From Eledone cirrhosa (lineage: Eukaryota): a DNA stretch of 64,000 bases. Positions within the stretch are counted from its first letter, which is position 1. Each line of letters starts with the position of its first letter. The notes beneath the pieces were generated by a model, which had not been told where the DNA came from, searched no databases, and saw only the letters and a program-made list of their open reading frames with translations. Positions 1 through 11,799 of the stretch are shown here, in pieces. The position numbers and the translations under genes are program-made. The stretch covers positions 259,284,001-259,348,000 of the forward strand of contig OZ024741.1 in assembly GCA_964016885.1 (NCBI GenBank). The letters run 5' to 3'.

Positions 1-244
1 AAACACTCGTAAGTCGAAACACCCTTAAGTCAAAACACTCGTAAGCCAAAACACTCGTAAGTCGAAACACTCGTATGTCGGAACACTCGTAAGTCAGAAC
101 ACTCGTAAGTCAGAACACTCGTAAGTGGAAACACGCGTAAGTCGAAAGACCCGTAAGTCAAAAATCTCGTAAGTCAAAACACTCGTAAGCCGAAACACTC
201 GTAAGTCGAAACACTCGTAAGTCGAAACATTCGTAAAGCGAAAC

Positions 245-313
245 GTATAAATAAAGATTAATGTAATGAACTTGAAAAGCATAGATATTTGAAACCGCGT
301 CTATTTGTTATTT
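245..313. repeat. 69-bp AT-rich interspersed element, allele A (first of 17 copies in the A context)
   Basis: GTATAAATAAAGATTAATGTAATGAACTTGAAAAGCATAGATATTTGAAACCGCGTCTATTTGTTATTT, preceded by ...CATTCGTAAAGCGAAAC and followed by TCGTAAGTCGAAAC. Copy starts: 245, 8919, 12301, 14375, 16465, 18555, 20645, 23171, 25245, 35116, 45937, 48011, 50005, 52079, 54089, 56693, 59229. The last copy carries B-type bases. Confidence 0.95.
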
Positions 314-1441
314 TCGTAAGTCGAAACACTCGTAAGTCAGAACACTCGTAAGTCAGAACACTCTTAAGTCAGAACACTCGTATCGAAACACGTATGTCAA
401 AACACCCGTAAGTCAAAACACTCGTAAGTCGAAACACTCGTAAGTCGAAACACTCGTAAGCCGAAACAATCGTAAGTCAAAACACTCGTAAGTCGAAACA
501 CTCGTAAGCCGAAAATACTCGTAAGTCGGAACACCCGTAAGCCGAAACCCTCGTAGGTCGGAACACTCGTAAGTCGAAACACTCGTAAGTCGAAACACCC
601 GTAAGTCGAAACACTCGTAAGTCGAAACACCCGTAAGTCGAAACATCCGTAAGTCAAAACACTCGTATGTCGAAACACTCGTAAGCCGAAACACTCGTAA
701 GTCGGAACACTCGCAAGTCAGAACACTCGTAAGTCAGAACACTCGTAAGTCGAAACACTCGTAAGTCGAAACACCCGTAAGTCGAAACGCCCGTAAGTCA
801 AAACACTCGTATGTCGAAACACTCGCAAGCCGAAAAACCGTAAGTCAAAACACTCGTAAGTCGAAACACTCGTAAATCGAAACACTCGTAAGCCGAAACA
901 CTCGTAAGCGAAAACATTCGTTAGTCGAAACACTCGTAACCCGAAACACTCGTAAGTCGAAACACTCGAAAGCCGAAACACTCGTAAGTCGAAACACTCA
1001 TAAGCCGAAACACTCGTAAGTCGGAACACTCGTAAGTCAGAACACCCGTAAATCAGAACACTCGTAGTCAGAACACTCGTAAGTCGAAACACTCGTAAGC
1101 CGAAACACTCGCAAGTCGAAGCACTCGTAATCCGAAACACTCTTAAGTCGAAACACTCGTAAGTCGGAACACTCGTAAGTCAGAACACTCGTAAGTCAGA
1201 ACACTCGTAAGTCGAAACACTCGTAAGCCGAAACATCCGTAAGTCAAAACATCCGTAAGTCAAAACATTCGTAAGTCGAAACACCCGTAGTCGAAACACT
1301 CGCAAGTCGAAACACTCGTAAGTCGAAACACGCGTAAGTCGAAACACATGTAAGTCAAAACACTCGTAAGTCAAAACACTCGTAAGCCGAAACACTCGTA
1401 AGTCGAAACACTCGTAAGTCGAAACACTCGTAAAGCGAAAC

Positions 1442-1510
1442 GTATAAATAAATATTAATGTAATGAATTTGAAAAGCATAGAGATTTGAAACCGCGTCTA
1501 TTTGTTATTT
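1442..1510. repeat. 69-bp AT-rich interspersed element, allele B (first of 18 copies in the B context)
   Basis: Differs from A at AAATATT/AAAGATT (variable within B), GAATTTG/GAACTTG and ATAGAGA/ATAGATA. Copy starts: 1442, 13498, 15588, 17678, 19752, 24368, 26442, 34239, 36313, 45060, 47134, 49128, 51202, 53196, 57858, 60412, 61497, 63301. Confidence 0.95.
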
Positions 1511-4500
1511 TCGTAAGTCGAAACACTCGTAAGCCGAAACACTCGTGAGCCGAAACACTCGTAAGTCGGAACACTCGTAAGTCAGAACACTCGTAAGTCA
1601 GAACACTCGTAAGTTAGAACACTCGTAAGTCAGAACACTCGTAAGTCAGAACACTCGTAAGTCGAAACACTCGTATCGAAACACTCGTATGTCAAAACAC
1701 CCGTAAGTCAAAACACTCGTAAGTCGAAACACTCGTAAGTCGAAACACTCGTAAGCCGAAACACTCGTAAGCCGAAACACTCGTAAGCCGAAACACTCGT
1801 AAGTCGGAACACTCGTAAGTCAGAACACTCATAAGTCAGAACACTCGTAAGTCAGAACACTCGTAAGTCGAAACACTCGTAAGCCGAAACACCGTAAGTC
1901 GAAACACCCGTATGTCGAAACACTCGTAAGCCGAAACACTCTTAAGTCGAAACACTCATAAGCCGAAACACTCGTAAGTCGGAACACTCGTAAATCAGAA
2001 CACCCGCAAGTCAGAACACTCGTAAATCAGAACACTCTTAAGTCGAAACTTACGTACGCCGAAACAATCGTAAGTCGAAACACTCGTAAGTCGAAACATC
2101 CTTAAGTCGAAACACTCGTACACCGAAACACTCGTAAGTATAAACATTAGTAAGTCGAAACACTCGTATGTCGAAACACTCGTAAACCGAAACACTCGTA
2201 AGTCGGAACACTCGTAAGTCAGAACACTCGTAAGTCAGAACACTCGTAAGTCGAAACACTCATAAGTCGAAACACCTGTAAGTCGAAACACTCGTAAGTC
2301 GAAACACCCATAAGCCGAAACACTCGTAAGCCAAAACATTCGTAAGTCGAAACACTCGTAAACCGAAACACTCGTAAGCCAAAACATTCGTATGTCGAAA
2401 CACTCGTAAGTCGAAACACCCATAGCCGAAACACTTGTAAGTCTGAACACACGTAAGTCAGAACACCCGTAAGTCAGAACACTCGTAAGTCAGAACACTC
2501 GTAAGTCAGAACACTCGTAAGTCAGAACACTCGTAAGTCAGAGCACTCGTATCGAAACACTCGTATGTCAAAACACCCGTAAGTCAAAACACTCGTAAGT
2601 CGAAACACTCGTAAGCCGAAACACCGTAAGCCAAAACACTCGTAAGTCGAAACACCCCTAAGTCGGAACACTCGTAAGTCGAAACACTCGTAAGTCGAAA
2701 CACTCGTAAGCCGAAACACTCGTAAGCCGAAACACTCGTAAGTCGGAACACTCGTAAGTCGGAACACTCGTAAGTCAGAACACTCGTAAGTCAGAACACT
2801 CGTAAGTCAGAACACTCGTAAGTCAGAACACTAGTAAGTCGAAACACTCGTATCGAAACACTCGTATGTCAAAACACCCGTAAGTCAAAACACTCGTAAG
2901 TCGAAACACTCGTAAGTCGAAACATTCGTAAGTCGAAACATCCGTAAATCAGAACACTCTTAAGTCGAAACACTCGTAAGTCGAAACACTCGTAAGCCGA
3001 AACACTCGTAAGTCGAAGTACTCGTATCGAAACACTCGTAAGTCGAAACACCCTTAAGTCAAAACACTCGTAAGCCAAAACACTCGTAAGTCGAAACACT
3101 CGTAAGTCGGAACACTCGTAAGTCAGAACACTCGTAAGTCAGAACACTCGTAAGTGGAAACACGCGTAAGTCGAAACACTCATAAGTCGAAACACTCGTA
3201 AGTCGAAACACCCGTAAGTCGAAACACCCGTAAGTCGAAACACTCGTATGTCGAATAACTCGTAAGCCGAAACACCGTAAGTCAAAACACTCGTAAGTCG
3301 AAACACTCGTAAGTCGAAACACCCATAAGCCGAAACACTCGTAAGCCAAAACATTCGTAAGTCGAAACACTCGTAAACCGAAACACTCGTAAGCCAAAAC
3401 ATTCGTAAGTCGAAACACTCGTAAGTCGAAACACCCATAGCCGAAACACTCGTAAGTCTGAACACACGTAAGTCAGAACAGCCGTAAGTCAGAACACTCG
3501 TAAGTCAGAACACTCGTAAGTCAGAACACTCGTAAGTCAGAGCACTCGTATCGAAACACTCGTATGTCAAAACACCCGTAAGTCAAAACACTCGTAAGTC
3601 GAAACACTCGTAAATCGAAACACTCGTATGTCGAAACATCCGTAAATCAGAACACTCGTAAGTCGAAACACTCGTAAGTCGAAACACTCGTAAGCCGAAA
3701 CACTCGTAAGTCGAAGCACTCGTATCGAAACACTCGTAAGTCGAAACACCCTTAAGTCAAAACACTCGTAAGCCAAAACACTCGTAAGTCGAAACACTCG
3801 TAAGTCGGAACACTCGTAAGTCAGAACACTCGTAAGTCAGAACACTCGTAAGTGGAAACACGCGTAAGTCGAAAGACCCGTAAGTCAAAAATCTCGTAAG
3901 TCAAAACACTCGTAAGCCGAAACACTCGTAAGTCGAAACACTCGTAAGTCGAAACACCCGTAAGTCGGAACACTCGTAAGTCAGAATACTCGTAAGTCAA
4001 AACACTCGTAAACCGGAACACCCGTAAGGCAAAACATTCGCATGTCAAAACACTCGTAAGTCGAAACACTCGTAAGCCGAAACACTCGTAAGTCGAAACA
4101 CTCGTAAGTCGAAACACTCGTAAGTCGAAACACTCGTAAGTCAGTGCACCCGTAAGTCAGAACACTCGTAGTCAGAATACTCGTAAGTCGAAACACTCGT
4201 ATGTCGAAACACCCGTAAGTCGAAACATCCGTAAGTCAAAACACTCGTATGTCGAAACACTCGTAAGCCGAAACACTCATAAGTCGAAACACTCGTAAGC
4301 CGAAACACCCGTAAGTCAAAACATTCGTAAGTCAAAACACTCGTAAGTCGAAACACCCGTAAGTCAAAACACTCGTATGTCGAAACACTCGTAAGCCGAA
4401 ACAACGTAAGTAAAAACACTCGTAAGTCGAAACACCCATAAGTCGAAACACTCGTAAGCCGAAACACTCGTAAGTCGAAACACTCATAAGCCGAAACACT

Positions 4501-7500
4501 CGTAAGTCGGAACACTCGTAAATCAGAACACCCGCAAGTCAGAACACTCGTAAATCAGAACACTCTTAAGTCGAAACTCACGTACGCTGAAACACTCGTA
4601 AGTCGAAACACTCGTAAGTCGAAACATCCTTAAGTCGAAACACTCGTACACCGAAACACTCGTAAGTATAAACATTAGTAAGTCGAAACACTCGTAAGCC
4701 GAAACACTCGTAAGTCGAAACACCCGTAAATCGAAACACCCCTAAGTCAAAACACTCGTATGTCGAAACACTCGTAAACCGAAACACTCGTAAGTCGGAA
4801 CACTCGTAAGTCAGAACACTCGTAAGTCAGAACACTCGTAAGTCGAAACACTCATAAGTCGAAACACTCGTAAGTCGAAACACCCGTAAGTCGAAACCCC
4901 CGTAAGTCGAAACACTCGTATGTCGAATAACTCGTAAGCTGAAACACCGTAAGTCAAAACACTCGTAAGTCAAAACACTCGTAAGTCGAAACACCCATAA
5001 GCCGAAACACTCGTAAGCCAAAACATTCGTAAGTCGAAACACTCGTAAACCGAAACACTCGTAAGCCAAAACATTCGTAAGTCGAAACACTCGTAAGTCG
5101 AAACACCCATAGCCGAAACACTCGTAAGTCGGAACACACGTAAGTCAGAACACCCGTAAGTCAGAACACTCGTAAGTCAGAACACTCGTAAGTCAGAGCA
5201 CTCGTATCGAAACACTCGTATGTCAAAACACCCGTAAGTCAAAACACTCGTAAGTCGAAACACTCGTAAGCCGAAACACCGTAAGCCAAAACACTCGTAA
5301 GTCGAAACACCCGTAAGTCGGAACACTCGTAAGTCGAAACACTCGTAAGTCGAAACACTCGTAAGCCGAAACACTCGTAAGCCGAAACACTCGTAAGTCG
5401 GAACACTCGTAAGTCGGAACACTCGTAAGTCAGAACACTCGTAAGTCAGAACACTCGTAAGTCAGAACACTCGTAAGTCAGAATACTCGTAAGTCGAAAC
5501 ACCCGTAAGTCGAAACACCCGTAAGCCGAAACACTCGTAAGCCAAAACATTCGTAAGTCGAAACACTCGTAAACCGAAACACTCGTAAGCCAAAACATTC
5601 GTAAGTCGAAACACTCGTAAGTCGAAACACCCATAGCCGAAACACTTGTAAGTCTGAACACACGTAAGTCAGAACACCCGTAAGTCAGAACACTCGTAAG
5701 TCAGAACACTCGTAAGTCAGAACACTCGTAAGTCAGAGCACTCGTATCGAAACACTCGTATGTCAAAACACCCGTAAGTCAAAACACTCGTAAGTCGAAA
5801 CACTCGTAAGCCGAAACACCGTAAGCCAAAACACTCGTAAGTCGAAACACCCGTAAGTCGGAACACTCGTAAGTCGAAACACTCGTAAGTCGAAACACTC
5901 GTAAGCCGAAACACTCGTAAGCCGAAACACTCGTAAGTCGGAACACTCGTAAGTCGGAACACTCGTAAGTCAGAACACTCGTAAGTCAGAACACTCGTAA
6001 GTCAGAACACTCGTAAGTCAGAACACTCGTAAGTCGAAACACTCGTATCGAAACACTCGTATGTCAAAACACCAGTAAGTCGAAACACTCGTATCGATAC
6101 ACTCGTATGTCAAAACACCAGTAAGTCAAAACACTCGTAAGTCGAAACACTCGTAAGCCGAAACACCGTAAGTCGAAACACCCGTATGTCGAAACACTCG
6201 TAAGCCGAAACACTCGTAAGTCGAAACACTCGTAGTCGAAACACTCGTAAGTCGAAACACCCGTAAGTCGAAACACTCGTAAGTCGAAACACTCGTAAGC
6301 CGAAACACTCGTAAGTCGAAACACTCATAAGTCGAAACACTCGTAAGTCAGAACACTCGTAGTCAGAACACTCGTAAGTCAAACCACTCGTAAGCCGAAA
6401 CACTCGTAAGTCGAAACACTCGTAAGTCGAAACACTCGTAAGTCGAAAAACTCGTAAGCCGGAACACTCGTAAGTCAGAACACTCGTAAGTCAGAACACT
6501 CGTAAGTCGAAACACTCGTAAGCCGAAACACCCGTAAGTCGAAACATTCGTAAGTCGAAACACCCGTAAGTCGAAACACTCGTAAGTCGAAACACTCGTA
6601 AGTCGAAACACCGTAAGTCAAAACACTCGTATGTCGAAACATCCGTAAATCAGAACACTCCTAAGTCAAAACACTCGTAAGTCGAAACACTCGTAAGTCA
6701 AAAATACTCGTAAGTCGAAACACCCTTAAGTAAAAACACTCGTAAGTCGAAACACTCGTAAGCCGAAACACCCGTCAGTTAAAACACCCGTAAGTCGAAA
6801 CACTCGTAAGTCAAAACTCTCGTACGCCGAAACACTCGTAAGTAAAAACATTAGTAAGTCGAAACACTCGTAAGCCGAAACACTCATAAGTCGAAACACT
6901 CGTAAGCCGAAACACCCGTAAGTCAAAACATTCGTAAGTCAAAACACTCGTAAGTCGAAACACCCGTAAGTCGAAACACTCGTATGTCGAAACACTCGTA
7001 AGCCGAAACACCGTAAGTAAAAACACTCATAAGTCTAAACACCCACAAGTCGAAACACTCGTAAGCCGAAACACTCGTAAGTCGAAACACTCATAAGCCG
7101 AAACACTCGTAAGTCGGAACACTCGTAAATCAGAACACCCGCAAGTCAGAACACTCGTATCGAAACACTCGTATGTCAAAACACCCGTAAGTCAAAACAC
7201 TCGTAAGTCGAAACACTCGTAAGTAAAAAAACTCGTAAGTCGAAATACTCGTAAGTCGAAACACTCGTAAGCCGAAACAATCGTAATTCAAAACACTCGT
7301 AAGTCGAAACACTCGTAAGCCGAAACAATCGTAAGTCGAAACACTCATAAGCCGAAAATACTCGTAAGTCGGAACACCCGTAAGCCGAAACACTCGTATG
7401 TCGAAACACTCGTAAGCCGAAACAACATAAGTAAAAACACTCGTAAGTCGAAACACCCATAAGTCGAAACACTCGTAAGCCGAAACACTCGTAAGTCGAA

Positions 7501-8639
7501 ACACTCATAAGCCGAAACACTCGTAAGTCGGAACACTCGTAAATCAGAACACCCGCAAGTCAGAACACTCGTAAATCAGAACACTCTTAAGTCGAAACTC
7601 ACGTACGCCGAAACACTCGTAAGTCGAAACACTCGTAAGTCGAAACATCCTTAAGTCGAAACACTCGTACACCGAAACACTCGTAAGTATAAACATTAGT
7701 AAGTCGAAACACTCGTATGTCGAAACACTCGTAAACCGAAACACTCGTAAGTCGGAACACTCGTAAGTCAGAACACTCGTAAGTCAGAACACTCGTAAGT
7801 CGAAACACTCATAAGTCGATACACTCGTAAGTCGAAACACCCGTAAGTCGAAACACCCGTAAGTCGAAACACTCGTATGTCGAATAACTCGTAAGCCGAA
7901 ACACCGTAAGTCAAAACACTCGTAAGTCGAAACACTCGTAAGTCGAAACACCCATAAGCCGAAACATTCGTAAGCCAAAACATTCGTAAGTCGAAACACT
8001 CGTAAACCGAAACACTCGTAAGCCAAAACATTCGTAAGTCGAAACACTCGTAAGTCGAAACACCCATAGCCGAAACACTTGTAAGTCTGAACACACGTAA
8101 GTCAGAACACCCGTAAGTCAGAACACTCGTAAGTCAGAACACTCGTAAGTCAGAACACTCGTAAATCAGAGCACTCGTATCGAAACACTCGTATGTCAAA
8201 ACACCCGTAAGTCAAAACACTCGTAAGTCGAAACACTCGTAAGCCGAAACACCGTAAGCCAAAACACTCGTAAGTCGAAACATCCGTAAGTCGGAACACT
8301 CGTAAGTCGAAACACTCGTAAGTCGAAACACTCGTAAGCCGAAACACTCGTAAGCCGAAACACTCGTAAGTCGGAACACTCGTAAGTCGAAACACCCGTA
8401 AGTCGAAACACTCGTAAGTCGAAACACCCGTAAGTCGAAACATCCGTAAGTCAAAACACTCGTATGTCGAAACACTCGTAAGCCGAAACACTCGTAAGTC
8501 AGAACACTCGTAAGTCAGAACACTCGTAAGTCGAAACACTCATAAGTCGAAACACTCGTAAGTCGAAACACCCGTAAGTCGAAACACCCGTAAGTCGAAA
8601 CACTCGTATGTCGAATAACTCGTAAGCCGAAACACCGTA

Positions 8640-11210
8640 AGTCGAAGCACTCGTATCGAAACACTCGTAAGTCGAAACACCCTTAAGTCAAAACACTCGT
8701 AAGCCAAAACACTCGTAAGTCGAAACACTCGTAAGTCGGAACACTCGTAAGTCAGAACACTCGTAAGTCAGAACACTCGTAAGTGGAAACACGCGTAAGT
8801 CGAAAGACCCGTAAGTCAAAAATCTCGTAAGTCAAAACACTCGTAAGCCGAAACACTCGTAAGTCGAAACACTCGTAAGTCGAAACACTTTTAAGTCGAA
8901 ACATTCGTAAAGCGAAACGTATAAATAAAGATTAATGTAATGAACTTGAAAAGCATAGATATTTGAAACCGCGTCTATTTGTTATTTTCGTAAGTCGAAA
9001 CACTCGTAAGTCAGAACACTCGTAAGTCAGAACACTCTTAAGTCAGAACACTCGTATCGAAACACGTATGTCAAAACACCCGTAAGTCAAAACACTCGTA
9101 AGTCGAAACACTCGTAAGTCGAAACACTCGTAAGCCGAAACAATCGTAAGTCAAAACACTCGTAAGTCGAAACACTCGTAAGCCGAAAATACTCGTAAGT
9201 CGGAACACCCGTAAGCCGAAACCCTCGTAGGTCGGAACACTCGTAAGTCAAAACACTCGTAAGTCGAAACACCCGTAAGTCGAAACACTCGTAAGTCGAA
9301 ACACCCGTAAGTCGAAACATCCGTAAGTCAAAACACTCGTATGTCGAAACACTCGTAAGCCGAAACACTCGTAAGTCAGAACACTCGTAAGTCAGAACAC
9401 TCGTAAGTCGAAACACTCATAAGTCGAAACACTCGTAAGTCGAAACACCCGTAAGTCGAAACACCCGTAAGTCGAAACACTCGTATGTCGAATAACTCGT
9501 AAGCCGAAACACCGTAAGTCAAAACACTCGTAAGTCGAAACACTCGTAAGTCGAAACACCCATAAGCCGAAACATTCGTAAGCCAAAACATTCGTAAGTC
9601 GAAACACTCGTAAACCGAAACACTCGTAAGCCAAAACATTCGTAAGTCGAAACACTCGTAAGTCGAAACACCCATAGCCGAAACACTTGTAAGTCTGAAC
9701 ACACGTAAGTCAGAACACCCGTAAGTCAGAACACTCGTAAGTCAGAACACTCGTAAGTCAGAGCACTCGTATCGAAACACTCGTATGTCAAAACACCCGT
9801 AAGTCAAAACACTCGTAAGTCGAAACACTCGTAAGCCGAAACACCGTAAGCCAAAACACTCGTAAGTCGAAATACCCGTAAGTCGGAACACTCGTAAGTC
9901 GAAACACTCGTAAGTCGAAACACTCGTAAGCCGAAACACTCGTAAGCCGAAACACTCGTAAGTCGGAACACTCGTAAGTCGGAACACTCGTAAGTCAGAA
10001 CACTCGTAAGTCAGAACACTCGTAAGTCAGAACACTCGTAAGTCAGAACACTCGTAAGTCGAAACACTCGTATCGAAACACTCGTATGTCAAAACACCCG
10101 TAAGTCAAAACACTCGTAAGTCGAAACACTCGTAAGTCGAAACATTCGTATGTCGAAACATCCGTAAATCAGAACACTCGTAAGTCGAAACACTCGTAAG
10201 TCGAAACACTCGTAAGCCGAAACACTCGTAAGTCGAAGCACTCGTATCGAAACACTCGTAAGTCGAAACACCCTTAGTCAAAACACTCGTAAGCCAAAAG
10301 ACTCGTAAGTCGAAACACTCGTAAGTCGGAACACTCGTAAGTCAGAACACTCGTAAGTCAGAACACTCGTAAGTGGAAACACGCGTAAGTCGAAACACTC
10401 ATAAGTCGAAACACTCGTAAGTCGAAACACCCGTAAGTCGAAACACCCGTAAGTCGAAACACTCGTATGTCGAATAACTCGTAAGCCGAAACACCGTAAG
10501 TCAAAACACTCGTAAGTCGAAACACTCGTAAGTCGAAACACCCATAAGCCGAAACACTCGTAAGCCAAAACATTCGTAAGTCGAAACACTCGTAAACCGA
10601 AACACTCGTAAGCCAAAACATTCGTAAGTCGAAACACTCGTAAGTTGAAACACCCATAGCCGAAACACTCGTAAGTCTGAACACACGTAAGTCAGAACAG
10701 CCGTAAGTCAGAACACTCGTAAGTCAGAACACTCGTAAGTCAGAACACTCGTAAGTCAGAGCACTCGTATCGAAACACTCGTATGTCAAAACACCCGTAA
10801 GTCAAAACACTCGTAAGTCGAAACACTCGTAAGCCGAAACACCGTAAGCCAAAACACTCGTAAGTCGAAACACCCGTAAGTCGGAACACTCGTAAGTCGA
10901 AACACTCGTAAGTCGAAACACTCGTAAGCCGAAACACTCGTAAGCCGAAACACTCGTAAGTCGGAACACTCGTAAGTCGGAACACTCGTAAGTCAGAACA
11001 CTCGTAAGTCAGAACACTCGTAAGTCAGAACACTCGTAAGTCAGAACACTCGTAAGTCGAAACACTCGTATCGAAACACTCGTATGTCAAAACACCCGTA
11101 AGTCAAAACACTCGTAAGTCGAAACACTCGTAAGTCGAAACACTCGTATGTCGAAACATCCGTAAATCAGAACACTCGTAAGTCGAAACACTCGTAAGTC
11201 GAAACACTCG
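8640..11210 (+). repeat. Block of one A insert followed by ~1-kb insert-free modules; related copies at ~20370-22890 and ~53810-56380
   Basis: ORF offsets 9376/21054/54546 and 10358/22037/55529. CACTTTTAAG (8886/20612) and CAAAAGACTC (~10295/21974) are shared by the first two copies. Internal module spacings are 998, 999 and 983 bp. Confidence 0.85.
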
Positions 11211-11799
11211 TAAGTCAGAACACTCGTAAGTCAGAACACTCGTAAGTGGAAACACGCGTAAGTCGAAACAGTCATAAGTCGAAACACTCGTAAGTCGAAA
11301 CACCCGTAAGTCGAAACACCCGTAAGTCGAAACACTCGTATGTCGAATAACTCGTAAGCCGAAACACCGTAAGTCAAAACACTCGTAAGTCGAAACACTC
11401 GTAAGTCGAAACACCCATAAGCCGAAACACTCGTAAGCCAAAACATTCGTAAGTCGAAACACTCGTAAGTCGAAACACCCATAGCCGAAACACTCGTAAG
11501 TCTGAACACACGTAAGTCAGAACAGCCGTAAGTCAGAGCACTCGTAAGTCAGAACACTCGTAAGTCAGAACACTCGTAAGTCAGAGCACTCGTATCGAAA
11601 CACTCGTATGTCAAAATACCCGTAAGTCAAAACACTCGTAAGTCGAAACACTCGTAAGCCGAAACACCGTAAGCCAAAACACTCGTAAGTCGAAACACCC
11701 GTAAGTCGGAACACTCGTAAGTCGAAACACTCGTAAGTCGAAACACTCGTAAGCCGAAACACTCGTAAGCCGAAACACTCGTAAGTCGGAACACTCGTA

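Larger units (their letters stand above)
1..8500 (+). repeat. Block duplication copy 1; matches 25001-33500 (offset 25,000) and, up to ~8387, 34872-43258 (offset 34,871)
   Basis: ORF translations recur identically at +25,000 (94/25094, 1995/26995, 4141/29141, 7130/32130, 8212/33212) and at +34,871. Rare markers recur, e.g. CAGTGCACC at ~4142/29142/39013 and CTAAACACCCACAAG at ~7035/32035/41906. The first mismatch to the +25,000 copy that I found is 8501 (A) vs 33501 (G). Confidence 0.92.

Noticed and set aside
230-250. CENP-B box similarity (TTCG...GAAACG) at the insert's left edge
   Set aside because: TTCGTAAAGCGAAACG does not fit the TTCGNNNNANNCGGG core; the CGGG is missing.
245-313. Insert as tRNA, terminator or MITE
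   Set aside because: No cloverleaf, only a 5-bp stem, no convincing TIR or target-site duplication, and all copies share one insertion context rather than independent sites.
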